Shown piece by piece: positions 13,341-26,247 of a DNA stretch of 64,000 bases. The DNA comes from Hemiscyllium ocellatum (Eukaryota). Made by a program: the position numbers and the translations under genes. The number at the start of each line of letters is the position of its first letter. Within the stretch, counting starts at the first letter, position 1. The stretch lies in the NCBI RefSeq assembly GCF_020745735.1, contig NC_083449.1, positions 8,158,923-8,222,922 of the forward strand, given 5' to 3'. The notes beneath the pieces are model-generated. The model was given only the letters and a program-made list of their open reading frames with translations, was not told the DNA's origin and searched no databases.

Positions 13341-13449
13341 GCAATAGATAAAATCTTATTCATGTTGAGCAACTGAGATTTGAAGTAAAAAAGAGCTCCT
13401 GCAGTTTCTGTAAGTGTCATGTTAAACAGAGACAAATATATAAGTACAC

Positions 13450-14430
13450 TCACTTATTCACAGAACACACTGCCAGGCACAGATACTTTCAGGTGCAGAT
13501 GCACTCATCCATTCATATAGTTGAAGCTGTCAGGGATAGATTGATGATAGCACAAACATATTCACATTGCAGAAACTGACAAGTACATAATACATTCACA
13601 TATTCCCAGAACACAATCTCAGGTATATAATAACTACATTCTTACATTCACCTAGAATCTAATGAGGCAGATTGATAACTAAAATCACACTGCCTTTGCA
13701 AAAGTTGACAGGTAGAGACTGGTAATGACACTCTCATATTCACACAGCAGAATCTGACAGGGGCAGATAGATAATTGGACTGTCATCTTCACATCACAGA
13801 AACTGAGAGAGAGAGAGATACATATGTTGTCATATTCAAATTGGAGAAATTGATGGACAGATCAATAACTACACTTCCATATTCACAGATCAGAAACTGA
13901 CAGGTACAAATGGATAGGCAAAAGTGAGGACTGCAGATGCTGGAAATTAGAATTGAGAGTGTGGTGCTGGAAAAGCACAGCAGATCTGGAAGCATCCGAG
14001 GAGCAGCAGAATCAACGTTTTGGTTAAAGGCCCCTTCATCAGTACAGATGTGTAACTACGTCAATACATTCCCATAGCAGAAACTGACAGGGAAAGTTTG
14101 ATAGCTACACTTACGCATTCGTGTAACAAAGCAACAAATGCATTTCAATACAGCCCCCCACATGTTCATTTAGGAGAAGATGGCAGGTAGACATTGATAA
14201 CTACATTCACATTTCAACAATGCAGAAACTGACATGGACAGATTGATAATTAAATTATCACATTCACAGAGCAGAAACTGACATTCACACAGTAGAAACC
14301 AACAGGTATAGGGTGATAACTTCACTCAAGTATGCACATAGCGAATCTTACTGGGACAGAGTGATATCTGCACCTTCATATTCGCATTGCAGAAACTTAG
14401 AGCTGTAGATTGATATGTAGGTTCTCATTG
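13450..14430. repeat. Diverged minisatellite, about 49-bp unit (gcagaaactgacaggtacagattgataactacactcacattcacatt)
   Basis: Recurring cagaaactgac / gataact / cattcac motifs; same array at 21075-22095, where cagaa motifs fall at 21484 and 21533. Confidence 0.85.
13918..14042 (-). mobile_element. Penelope-derived short element (family A), shared with duplication copy 2 (21607-21722)
   Basis: aaagtgaggactgcagatgctgg...gctggaaaagcacagcag...aatcaacgtttt...cccttcatcag; minus strand retains CTGATGA. Confidence 0.85.
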
Positions 14431-15254
14431 TTAGTATTAAAAATAGTTGGGCATATTCTCACTGAAGATTTGAAGAACAATTTATCATCTTTAAGGCAAA
14501 AGAAAATGATCTGAAGGGAGTTGACAGAGTTGATGCTGGGAGATTGTCACTGCTTATGAGAGAATCCAGAGTAAAAGACACAGTTTTGAGCAGGAAACCT
14601 GTTGAAGAAAGCAATGCAGAACATTCTTCCCTTGTTCTGTTCCACAGAGAGTAGTTAGGGTTGGGTTATCAGCTTAATTTATGCTAATGTAGCCATATAT
14701 CTTTTTTGATACATGAGGGAGTCTTTGGTGCTAAACATCAAAATGAGATGACGTCCATAACAAAAGCCTTTGTGATCTGTTCTTATGACAGAGTACACAG
14801 GCAGATGAAAATGCCACAGACTTCTCATGTTTCTTATCGTCTTCTGTTGAGAAATTTAAAGTGACACAAGCCTGAAAGAAATTAATAACTACAGCATATC
14901 CACTGTATCTGCAGCATCATTCACCATACACTTTATCTTTAACTTACTGATATGTGTGTGCTCATAGATCACATACTGATCAATTCAGTTATAAGTTACC
15001 AAGATATACCAGGGATGGAGTGAAAAAAGATTAGCCATCCATTTCATCAGAAACTTCGAGATGTTGAGATATTTGTTCTCTGACATGCCAGTGATTGACT
15101 GACTGAAACTGAGTAAATACAAGATTAGAAACAATAAACTGGCAGTTACAGAATGAAATACTGAGTCACTTGCAAAGCAATAAATTGTTAAGATATAATA
15201 CAACTATTGATTAGCTAGAAACTGGAATAAATGGGAGGATGGGGGGGGGGGTGG

Positions 15255-15375
15255 TTTAGGGTGTAGGTTTGCTTGCTGAGCTGTAGATTTGATATCCAGA
15301 CATTTCATTACCTGGCTAGGTAACATCATCACTGGCGACTTCCAGGTGAAACGAAGCTGTTGTCTCCTGCTTTCA
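15255..15375 (-). mobile_element. Penelope-type terminal repeat fragment, hammerhead family C
   Basis: Minus strand of 15295-15335: cca-gtgatga-t-gttacc-tagcca-ggtaat-gaaa-tgtc-tgg. Confidence 0.6.
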
Positions 15376-15399
15376 ATTGATTGATTGCCTTTTCTGGCA

Positions 15400-17085
15400 G
15401 TAGTCCTTCAGGGCTGCATATCTCCTCATCTTTCAGCATCACAGATTGAGAAGATCTTTGTATCTCTAAATATTGTAACCACCTGCTCCTCCTGGCCTAT
15501 GCAAGTAAACATTACCTTTCAGAGGTGGATGGTTTGAGAAGATCTGGCACCTCCGACAAGATTGTACATTCTGATGCAGTTTTCGAGCCTCCATTGTGCT
15601 TTCTGTTACCACCCCAACAAAATTCACTGGCTTATCCTATTTCCTATATCTGGTTTCCCAGTGTTTTTCCGAAATCACCAGCACTGTAATTTCGCATAGC
15701 CTACTTTACTGTAGGAAAAACACCAGAGCTTTTAACTTCTCTTTCCCTTTCAAGGGTTTCCTTTTTTACCCTGTGGTCAGTCATCCTTACGACCTTCACC
15801 GAGATCTATCATTTCCAGGTGAGGATTTCTCTTATCCTCAACGTCTATCTCTCATGGATTGAAATTGGTTTTAGAAGCCAAACTTTGATCAACTCATAAC
15901 CATCAGCCATTTCAGCTGCCAATCTTGCTGTTTTAACTCTCTGCTCTTCCACAAGGGTTTTCACTACTTCAGGAAGTGAACTTTTGAACTCCTCCTAAGT
16001 GCCAATTTCCAAAGTTCAAGCTCTCTCTCTTCATTCCTTTATTTTCTCTTTCTCCTCGCTCTCTCTTCTGCATTTAATCATATTTCAAACGATTTCATTT
16101 CTGTTGCCCTTTCCTTGTCTTCTGCTTCTAACACAAGTCGCTGCATTTTCCATTGAATGTTAGCCATCTCTGAAGATTCTGATGGTGTTTCCAACAAATG
16201 TAAATGCTGAGCTACTGCTGTAATTATCTCTCCTTTCCACATGGAAGGACACAGACTCAATTCCTCCTTGTCTGCTATTTCCAGCAGCTTACCCTTAATC
16301 ACCTTTTATAAAAGGCCCAAAATCACTTCATCCACCCACAGAAAACTCTTGATGACTGAAAGAGCCGTTGCTATCTCAAGCATTGTTTAAACCAACTGAA
16401 TTCAAAACTCAGAACAAACGACACTAACACCTACCACTCGCTTCCTTCAAGTCCAACAATCCTAATCCCAAATCAGAACTACAGAGCCCCTCAAAACATT
16501 TCAAGTAGCCCGGATCCTAACTTTGCTAGTTGGTTTAAGCAGGTGTAACGCAGATATTCCAGGAGTGATGTAGCTGGTCAAACCACGTAGTCTTAAACAA
16601 AACAGAACTGATTTACAAGATTATTAAATGAAACACAAACAAATGCTCCGATGCCTTAAAAGAGAACAGAATACTAATTAACTTAACCTATCCAAAACCC
16701 TACAGATTATACCAACTTAATGATGCTGTTCCCAACACTTCCAATAGTTCCCACAAACACCCTTTGGCACAAAAAAATAAAAATCAAACACAGGGTCTTA
16801 CAGGAGAGATGTCAGAGAGAGTGAGTACAAGCATGGACCTGTTTCTTTGGGTTCAGCAGCTTTTTCAACTGCCTGACTACTTTCAGTCAATAGCCAGAGA
16901 GCCAAAAACCACATCAAACCAGAGAAAAACTGCGCTGGGAAAACTGGGCCACTCCCCTTTCATTGTACAAGTGTTCTTTTGAAAACATATGGAAGCCTTT
17001 TGCCTGAGGCATTATCTGTTAGTTATAATTAAAATGTCCCTAAAACCCATCAAGTCAGACTTTTCGGAGTCTGTGTCTTTTACAG
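15400..17085 (-). mobile_element. Decayed Gypsy (Gmr1-like) LTR retrotransposon: LTR, PBS remnant and SCAN-like gag
   Basis: gag-like ORF 16078-16302; EEFKSSLPEVVKTLVEEQRVKTARLAAEMADGY (SCAN-like) near 15895-15995; gagcccc (tRNA-Pro PBS remnant) near 16484; LTR-like segment about 16495-17085. Confidence 0.65.
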
Positions 17086-17109
17086 GCTTGTTAAAGGTGC
17101 AGCATCATC

Positions 17110-18330
17110 ACAGCAGACTGGTTCAAAAAGCAAAAGCTGTGGGATACAGGGTAATGTGGTGAATTGGATGCAAAGTTTGTTTAGTAACAGGAAACAAATG
17201 GTAATGGTTGATGGCTGCTCTTGTGAATGGAAAGCTGTTTCAAGTGGTGATCTGCATGGCTCAGTGTTGGGACCTCTGCTGTTTGTTTTATACATTCAGG
17301 ATTTGGACTTGAATGTGGTGGGTAGGTTTGTGAAATTTGCAGATGACACAAAAATTGGCCATTTATTAGATAGTGTAGAGGATTTCTGTCAGTTCCAAAA
17401 GTATTACAGATGGTTTGGTGGAGTGGGCAGGAAAGTGGCAGATGGAGTTCAACTTTGATAAAGTGTGAGGGAATACATTTTGGGAAATAAACAGTAAATG
17501 GGAATATACTGAGGGGGCAGCGTAAGTGAGATCTTGGTGTGCAAGTGCATGGGCCCCGAAAGGTAGATAGGGTTGTAAAGAAGGCACGTGGAATGCTCTC
17601 CTTCACGGGCAGAGGGATGAAATACAAAAGTAGGGATATAACAATGAAACCATATAAGGCAGCACTGGTGAGGCTACAACTGGAGTATTGTGTGCAGTCA
17701 GATCACTGCATCACAGGAAGGACGTCATGGCTCTGGAGAGGGTGCAGAGGAGATTTACTAGAATGTTGCCAGGGCTGGTGAATTGGAGCTATCGGCAGAG
17801 ATTGGAGAGGTTGGGGTTTTATTCTTTGGAACAGAGGTGCCATGATTAAGGAATATTAAATAGTGAACGCGAAACAGTGAGCTACTAATGAAGGAGCAGA
17901 ACTCCGAAAGGTTGTACTTCCAAATATACCTGTTGAACTATAACCTGGTGTTGTTTGATTTTTCATGAAATAGGGAGAGATTAGCGTACACAGGAGGAAC
18001 CTGTTTCCTTTCGCAGAGAGTTCAAACACCAGGGATCATTGATTCAAACGAGGTGGTGTAGAATTACATGATATGTGAGGAAAATGATTTTTAAGCATAG
18101 AGTGGTGGGTGTCTGGAATTCGCACCTGATTTGGTGGTACAGGCAGAGACCCTAAACTCTTTTACACAAACATCCCTGGAACTGCACCTCCAGTTCCGCT
18201 AACTGCAAGTCTATGGGCTATGGGCTGCGGCAAGAGGTTGGGATGAGTAAGTGCCTCTGAGGGTCTTTGTGTTGGCATGGACAAGATAGGCTGAATAGCC
18301 CCCTCTGTGCTGTATTATTTTTATGATTCA
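17110..18330 (+). mobile_element. Degraded CR1/L2-type LINE RT and 3' end
   Basis: HGSVLGPLLFVLYI..KFADDTKIG (17156-17458); ALVRLQLEYCVQ (17539-17781). Confidence 0.88.
17883..17962 (+). mobile_element. Penelope-derived short element, hammerhead family B (degenerate), nested in the LINE
   Basis: ctaatga-aggagcagaactcc-gaaa-ggttg then cttccaaatatacctgttgaactataacctggtgttgt, as in 11217-11279. Confidence 0.7.
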
Positions 18331-19039
18331 ATAGTTATCAGTTGGACCCTGCCAGTCTATGCAGTGTGAATATGTAAATATATTGACCGTATATTGAATG
18401 TTACAGTTTGATGACTACACTCACACATTCTCCAAGCAGGAACTGACAGGTATAGATCAATAACTAAACTCTCATATCCACATACCCACTTGCATCAAGT
18501 GGGCCTCATTTTTGGAGCTGTATGTGTGTTGTTTCATTGCTGGATCTCATTCCTGGATCTCATTCCTTCGGGCTGAGAATTTTAAGAAGGAATGGACAAG
18601 GAACAGCTCAGGGCAGAAGTGGAATCAGACCCGGGGTTCTGTTTAAATTGCTGGCTTCAAATAAAAAAAAACTGAATGTTGTATTGATGTTGCCAATCAC
18701 AGCTGATGTTGATTTACAGGAGGTATCTCTTCTGTCTTTCTCCAGGCAAGTACTCAAAGCACCAAGACAATGTAATATTCCCTCAGTACAGAGCCAAGTG
18801 TGACCAGCTGCTTCCAACAAACAGCGGGTATGTTACTGCTGTCAGAGCAGAGAACGTCCTTTCCACAGTCTGAGTGGATTGACATTGAGCTCCATTCCCA
18901 GAGAGATATGTTCAAACCAAGAGTCAAACACTACTGAGTAAACAGAAGTTTATATTTTTAAATCTATATTCTAAATGCATCCTACCCAGTTTCAATCAAC
19001 TTGAATGAATTCTCATCCAAAATATACACTGCATTAAAA

Positions 19040-20405
19040 TCTGAACATCAAACAGTACAGAACAGGAACGGGTCCTTCAGCCCACCATATTGTGCTGAAC
19101 ATGCCACCAAAACGCAATTAATCTCTTCTGCCTGGCCTAGGTCCATAACCCTCCATTTCGTACATGTTCATTTGCTTACCTAAAAGTCCTTTCAAAACCC
19201 TTATTGTATCTTCCTCCATCTCCACCCCAGGCAGTGTGTCCCACTGCTACCACTCTCTTTGTTTAAAAATAAAACTGCCCCTTATGTCTCATACAGTCAT
19301 AGAGATGTACAGCATGGAAACAGACCCTTTGTTCCAACCTGTCCATGCCGACCAGATATCCCAACCCAATCTAGTCCCACCTGCCAGCACCCGGCTCATA
19401 TCCCTCCAAACCCTTCCTATTCATATACCCATCCAAACGCCTCTTAAATATTGCAATTGTACCAGCCTCCACCACTTCCTCTGGCAGCTCATTCCATTCC
19501 CGTACCACCCTCTCTGTGTCCCTTAGGTCTCTTTTAAATCTTTCCCTCTTAAGTATACTCCTACTTCCTTTATACTCTTCTAAGGATTCACTCGATCTAT
19601 CCTCTCTATACTTGTTTGGCCCCTTGCTTTGAAGTAAATGCAGTTTAATTTATTAGTCCTACTTTGTCCCTGCTTGCCCTGCTGTTTGAGTCACTTCTGT
19701 TCTCAACAGTACCAGTCTCAGACTGCTCTCTTTGCTCACTACTTCTTTGGTTCCCACCACCATTCTCACCCCCACCCCCCTCCAACCTTATTAGTTTAAA
19801 TCCTCCCGAGCAGACCTAGGAAATTTCCCTGCCAGTACATTAGTCCCCTTCCAATTTAGGTGCAATCCGTCTATCTTGTACAGGTCACTTCTACCCAAAA
19901 AGAGATTCCAATGATCCAAAAATGTGAATCCTTTCCCATACACCAGCTCCTCAGCCATGCATTCATCTGCTCTATCTTCCTATTCCTGCCCTCACTAGCT
20001 TGTAGCACTGTGAGTAACCTTTTTAAATTTCTGCCTAATTCTCTGTAATCTCCCTTCAGAATCACAACCTTTTCTCTTCCTATGTCGTTGCTTCCAATGT
20101 GGACAATGACCTCTTGCTGTCCCCTCTTCCCCCGTGAGAACATTCTACACCCTCTCTGAGACATCCTTGATCCTGTCACCAGGGAACCAACACACCATTC
20201 TGCTTTATCACTGCTGGCCACAGAAACGTCTGACTGTACCTCAGACTACAGAATCCCCTAACGCTTTGGGGATCTCTTGGAAGCCGACGTACCCCTCATT
20301 ACATTACAGCCAGTCTCAGTACCAGAAACTTGGACTCTCAGGGGAACGTAGCATGAACAGCCATCACCCCCTACACTTTCCAAAACATCATACCTGTCCA
20401 AAAGG
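19040..20405 (-). mobile_element. Nested degraded CR1 fragments (3' tails and ORF1 esterase)
   Basis: EVIVHIGSNDIGR..NAWLRSWC ORF 19871-20221; tail sequences at 19045-19110 and 19295-19350. Confidence 0.85.
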
Positions 20406-20409
20406 AAAT

Positions 20410-22901
20410 CAAATATTGACATGAAGGTATATTGACATCAAATATACCCAGAGGTTATTGGACACAGAGTGCGAAAGCTCTCAGAAAGTAGTCTGGTTAT
20501 AAACATGTGAACAATAAATTCAAAATACAGATGCAGAGTATAACTTACAGTCAAAAACTGTACCATTGGATAATTTTCACAACTTTTATTCAAACTGCTT
20601 TACACTGTTGAAACTGACAATGATAGAAAAAGTCTCACTTTGATTTACAGTACATAGAATTTCTCCAGTGCAGGGAGAGGTCATTTGGCCCATCCCCTGC
20701 AAAAACTCTCCAAAGCGGATCCCATGCAGCTGCAGATGTAACTCCATGTTTACCACAGTTAACCCACTGACACTGCACATCCTTGAATAATACAGGACAT
20801 TTTACCTTGACATTTTACTTTGGACAATGCAAAGAAACTAGAGCACTCAGAGGAAACTCATGGAGACATGGGCAAAATGTGCAACCTGCACACAGATAAT
20901 GAACCAATGCTGGAATTAAATCTGTGTTCCTGGCACCACTGTGCCACCATGCCACCCTGACATGGCTGGCAATAGATAAAATCTTATTCACGTTGAGCAA
21001 CAGAGATTTGAAGTAAATAGAGCTCCTGCAGTTTCTGCAAGTGTCATGTTAAACAGAGGTAAATGTATAAGTTCACTCACTTATTCACAGAACGCAAACT
21101 GACGGGTAGAGATACTTTCAGATACAGATGCAGTCATCCATTCATATAGTTGAAGCTGTCAGGGATAGACTGTTGATAGCACAAACACATTTGCATTGCA
21201 GAAACTGTCAGGAACAGATTGAAATCTGCACTCAAACATTCATATTGCAGAAACTGACAAGTACATTTTGATAACACATCCACATTCCCAGAGCAGAATG
21301 TCACAGGTATATATTGATAACTACATTTTTATATTCACCTAGAACCTAATGGGGCAGATTGATAACTAAAATCACATTGACATCGCAAAAGCTGACAGGT
21401 AGAGACTGGTAATGACATTCTCATATTCACACAGCAGAATCTGATTGGGGCAGATAGATAATTGGACTGTCATCTTCACATCACAGAAACTGACAGGGAG
21501 AGCTAGATAACTAGACAGTCATATTCAAATTACAGAAACTGATGGACAGATCAATAACTAAACTGCCATATTCACAGATCAAAAAGTGACAGGTACAAAT
21601 GAATAAGCAAAGGTGGGGACTGCAGATACTGGAGTCGGGAGTGTGGTGCTGGAAAAGCACACAGGTCAGGAAGCACCCAAGGAGCAGGAGAATTGACGTT
21701 TTGTTTAAAAGCCCTTCATCAGTGCAGATGGATAACTACACCAATACATTCACATTGAAGAAACTGACAGGAAAAGAATGATAACTAAAGTCATGCATTC
21801 CTGTCGCTGAAAGCAACAGGTATATTTCAATATGGACCCCCACATGTTCACTTCGCAGAAGATGGCAGGTTGACATTGATAACTACGTTCACATTTTAAC
21901 AACACGGAAACTGACATTAAACTATCCCATTTACAGACTAGAAACTGTCATATTCACACAGTAGAAACCAACAGGTTTAGGGTGATAACTTCACTCAAGT
22001 ATGCATATAGCAGAATCTTACTGGGAGAGGGTGATACCGGTCCTCACATATTCACATAGTAGAAGCTTAGAGCTGCAGATTGATACATAGGCTCTCATTA
22101 TAAGTATAAAATGGTTGGATATATTCTCATTGGAGTTTTGAAGAACAATGTATGACCTTCCGAGCAAAAAAAAAAGATCTGAAGAGAGTTGATGCTGGAG
22201 TAGGTCACTGCTCATGAGAGAATCCCGAGTAAGGGACACAGCTTTGAACAGGAAGCCTTCTGTCTAAGAAAGCAATGCAGAACATTGTTCTGTTGTTCTG
22301 TTCCACAGAGAGCAGTTAGGGTTGAGTTATCAACTTATATGGCCATATTAGCATAAATTATCTTTTTTGGTACACAAGGGAGTCTTTGGTCATGGGCACT
22401 AAACATCAAAATGAGATGAAGACCATAACGAAAGCCTTTGTGATCTGTTCTCATGACAGAGTACACCCAGGCAAATAGAAATGTCACAGAAGTCTCATGC
22501 ATCTTATGGTCTTCTGCTTTGAGATATTTAAAGTGACACAAGATTGAAAGAAATTAATAACTACAGCATATCCACTGTATCTGCAGCATCATTCACTATA
22601 CTCTTTATCATTAACTTACTGATATGTGTGTGCTCACAGATCACATACTGATTGATTCAGTTATAAGTTACCCTGATGTATCAGGGATGGAGTGAAAAAA
22701 ATGATTAACCATCCATTTCATCAGAAACTTTGAGATGTTGAGATATTTGCTCTCTGACATGCCAGTGATTGACGGAAACTGAGTTAATACAAGATTAGAA
22801 ATAACAAACTGACAGTTACAGAATGAAATACTGAGTCACTTGCAAAGCAATAAATTGTTAGGATATAATACAATTACTGATTAGCTAGAAACTGACATAA
22901 A
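20410..22901 (+). repeat. Segmental duplication, copy 2 (partner 12630-15231), including the 49-bp minisatellite at 21075-22095
   Basis: Collinear with copy 1 at an offset of about 7.7 kb. Confidence 0.93.
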
Positions 22902-23230
22902 CAATGTAACATCCGCAGTGACATTGCAGATACTGTCAGTAACAATGTACAAAGTATTATCCTTTATCAAAATGCTGCACTATAAATACAAACCCAAGTT
23001 CAATTTGCAGAAGCTGATATTCATAGGGTATGGGAGTGGAGGGTAGTGAGTCCTACCTGAGTCTGTCCAAAGTGGTATCTGGTACTTTCAAAATTGACAC
23101 CGACAGAGTAAAGCAACAAGGTACACTTCAGAAGGTTTGAGTTACAGTCCAGTAACATACTGACATGTTAAGACTGTGAAATAGAGTTTACAAAAAATAC
23201 ATCCCAGAAACAGGCGGGCACAGATTGGAG

Positions 23231-23376
23231 TCGAGAGTGTGGTGCTGGAAAAGCACAGCAGGTCAGGCAGCATCCGAGGTGCAGGAGAATCGATGTTTCA
23301 AGCAGAAGCCCTTCATCTCGACGTTTTGGGCATAAGCCTCTGATCCCCAACATCTGCAGTTCTCACTTTTTCCTGG
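23231..23376. mobile_element. Penelope-derived short element (family A) with internal inversion
   Basis: 15-bp TSD with one mismatch, gggca(c/g)agattggag at 23216-23230 and 23377-23391; two partial tandem hammerhead remnants on the minus strand. Confidence 0.8.
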
Positions 23377-24194
23377 GGGCAGAGATTGGAGGAATATTTC
23401 TAAGTGGCTGGCAAATAGTGTAACGTTTTACCGCTCACATCAGTGTTTGATGGTAACAGAATAAAACCCGTCTTGAAATAACACTATCAGACGGAGGACC
23501 AGAGCCTCATTGCACAGATGTTGAGTTAATGCAAAATGTGTAAATTAGAACACGACAGATATAAAGTTAAAGTGACGCATATATATACAGCATGTTAACA
23601 GTTGCTTGTTAACACACATTCGTGTAACTCCCAGAAGTGTTCTAAGTCCCTAAATGAAACTGCAAGATGCCTAAATGAAAAGTGCAGCAACGTAGTTCAA
23701 TTACACTGCACGTACTTTCAAAGCACACAGTTATCGGTAGGTCTCTGAGCCCACAGTTATCAGTCAAGGTCACAGAAATATATTCATCCCACAGTTAAGA
23801 CGTGACTCAACTCGTGACTCAAGAAAAGTATTACATAGAAACTTTTTCTTCTGATTGAGAACAAGTTGCATCAACCCCAAGTGTAGAAAACACTCCCAGT
23901 CAGATTCCAGTCGTTTGTGTAACTTGACAACAAATGTAATCGCTATTTCGAATACATGAGATTTTATTTCACACAGTGACAAATTTTATGTTAATTCCAG
24001 CCCATACAGAGGAACAGAAACAGACGTGCGGAGCGAAAAACACATCATCACAACAACGAGCAAAAGGAAACCGAGCCAATACCACAGTCACTTTCTGTGT
24101 CACAGACACAAAACAAATCTCCCTCAGTCAGACTGACAGGAACAGAATCACCATCCACTTCACATTTCGTTGCAGATCCTCATGGGATCTCACA

Positions 24195-24310
24195 GTAACC
24201 AATCAGAGAGACTCAATGTTTGGGAATGACTCTGTGTAAGCTACCCAATCAGAAACCAGGCTTTCCCCCATCACTCATTAGCATTGATGACGTCGTCAGT
24301 CTATAAAAAG
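24195..24310 (+). promoter_or_regulatory. Histone H2B promoter
   Basis: CCAAT boxes near 24199 and 24245, octamer-like CTCATTAGCAT 24274-24284, CRE-like TGACGT near 24288, TATAAAA at 24302. Confidence 0.85.
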
Positions 24311-24361
24311 GGAGCTCCGAGCCCGCTTTCCTTTATTCTGTGTCTGAAAGTGAGCGGCGCT

Positions 24362-24742
24362 ATGGCTGATGAGAAGAAAGCCCAGCAAACCTCCAAGAAG
24401 GGCGCGAAGAAAATCATCAAGAAGGCGCCAGCGAAGGGCGGCAGGAAGAGGAAAAGGTCCAGGAAGGAAAGTTATTCCATCTACATTTACAAAGTGATGA
24501 AGCAGGTTCACCCCGACACCGGCATCTCCTCCAAGGCCATGAGCATCATGAACTCGTTCGTCAACGATATTTTCGAGCGCATCGCGGGGGAGGCTTCCCG
24601 CCTGGCCCATTACAACAAGCGCAGCACCATCAGCTCCCGGGAGATCCAGACCGCCGTGCGGCTGCTGCTGCCCGGGGAGCTGGCCAAGCACGCCGTGTCG
24701 GAGGGCACAAAGGCGGTGACCAAGTACACCAGCTCCAAGTGA
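24362..24742 (+). CDS. H2B: Replication-dependent histone H2B (126 aa, intronless)
   Basis: [42 protein letters not shown]; true start is ATG 24362, downstream of the TATA box. Confidence 0.98.
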   Translation: MADEKKAQQTSKKGAKKIIKKAPAKGGRKRKRSRKESYSIYIYKVMKQVHPDTGISSKAMSIMNSFVNDIFERIAGEASRLAHYNKRSTISSREIQTAVRLLLPGELAKHAVSEGTKAVTKYTSSK

Positions 24743-24780
24743 AGGACCGCACTGCACTGAAACAAACACATCCACAACCC

Positions 24781-24804
24781 AAAGGCTCTTCTAAGAGCCA
24801 CCCA
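24781..24804 (+). terminator. Histone mRNA 3' stem-loop (H2B)
   Basis: AAA-GGCTCT-TCTA-AGAGCC-ACCCA, followed by a purine-rich gagacag downstream element. Confidence 0.96.
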
Positions 24805-25564
24805 CAACTTCCCTGAGACAGCTGAACCGTTTCTTTAAGAGTTGTTTGTTTTAGTTTGCATGTGATTCTGGACAAGGCATTCTAACTTCTTGTGCCATAT
24901 GCTTTTATGTTAATAAGTGCTTTGCAAATTATTCGGGAGTGGGGTGGAAAGAGCAGATCAAGCGCCAGTGAATCATTTTTCCTCTTGTTCGTTCAGCCCT
25001 GGCAGACAAATGCCCACGTCTTTCCGCCCCACGATTGACACATTTTACCTTCTGATTTACTTTACATTTCCAATGTGCGGGTTTGATCCGATTTTTCGCA
25101 ATGCAAAATAAAGCTTCCTGCTGTCGATGAGAGAATTTCAAACCGAACCGAGAGAACACCAACACAGCTACCGGACTGAAGCGTGGAGCTTTTGCTGAAT
25201 CTCATCGAGAGCGTTAAGGGAGGTCAGCTTTAAAATAACGTCTTAAAAAAACGTGTTTGCTGAGCCGGAAGAATGTTGCATGCTGCTTTATCATCATATC
25301 GGGGTGGTATTGAAATGTGAAAAGAAAAAACAAGTTGCAGACTGCAGGGTTTGGTCTGTTTTGTTTCAGCCTCTTCTCAAGGTTTAGAAAATAACCCAGT
25401 CTCAAGATCAGAAATGGACAGATACAGCTCGAAACATGAGGGAGTAAGACCGTGTGAAGTACACATTTGTAAACTGATAGTAAATTAACATGAGTATTAA
25501 TGTTTTTTGAACTTCCTCCGTTTTTGTACTTCATTTTTCAGGTAAAACATACTCCTTTGTTTGT

Positions 25565-25765
25565 AAATTGGCGGGCTTTTCAAATTGTGAAAAGGCGGTT
25601 GATGATTTGGCGCCGGTACTTTCCGCCCTCCTCCCGGGGCCCTCTCCGGATTGGGGAATGAAGCAGATATCTGATTGGGGATTGAAACAACATTAGGCGG
25701 GGCTGAACAATGGGACCAATCAGAAATGGTCACCCCACCATTCCTCCCGAAGGTATAAGAGGCCC
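25565..25765 (+). promoter_or_regulatory. Histone H2A promoter
   Basis: E2F-like TTGGCGGG 25568 and TTTGGCGCC 25606, inverted CHR-like TTTCAAA, CCAAT boxes near 25674 (reverse) and 25716, GC box near 25696, TATAAG 25754. Confidence 0.8.
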
Positions 25766-25782
25766 CAATGTGGGCGGAGTGA

Positions 25783-26196
<414 letters not shown>

Positions 26197-26223
26197 AGAG
26201 ACCATTCTTGAATCTGACAACCC

Positions 26224-26247
26224 AAAGGCTCTTCTAAGAACCACTCA
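26224..26247 (+). terminator. Histone mRNA 3' stem-loop (H2A), one stem mismatch
   Basis: AAA-GGCTCT-TCTA-AGAACC-ACTCA. Confidence 0.88.

Larger units (their letters stand above)
12630..15231 (+). repeat. Segmental duplication, copy 1 (partner 20410-22901)
   Basis: Collinear similarity over about 2.6 kb, e.g. gttataaacatgtgaaca and gaatgaaatactgagtcacttgcaaagcaataaattgtta occur in both. Confidence 0.93.

Noticed and set aside
13450-14430. 49-bp, 42-bp (42770-43335), 33-bp and 29-bp arrays as CRISPR-like repeat-spacer arrays
   Set aside because: Whole units are homologous and diverge evenly, with no unique spacers and no cas-like ORFs; vertebrate context indicates minisatellites
24284-24361. 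26-aa N-terminal extension of H2B in the ORF track
   Set aside because: Starts at a TTG upstream of the TATA box; the real start is ATG 24362
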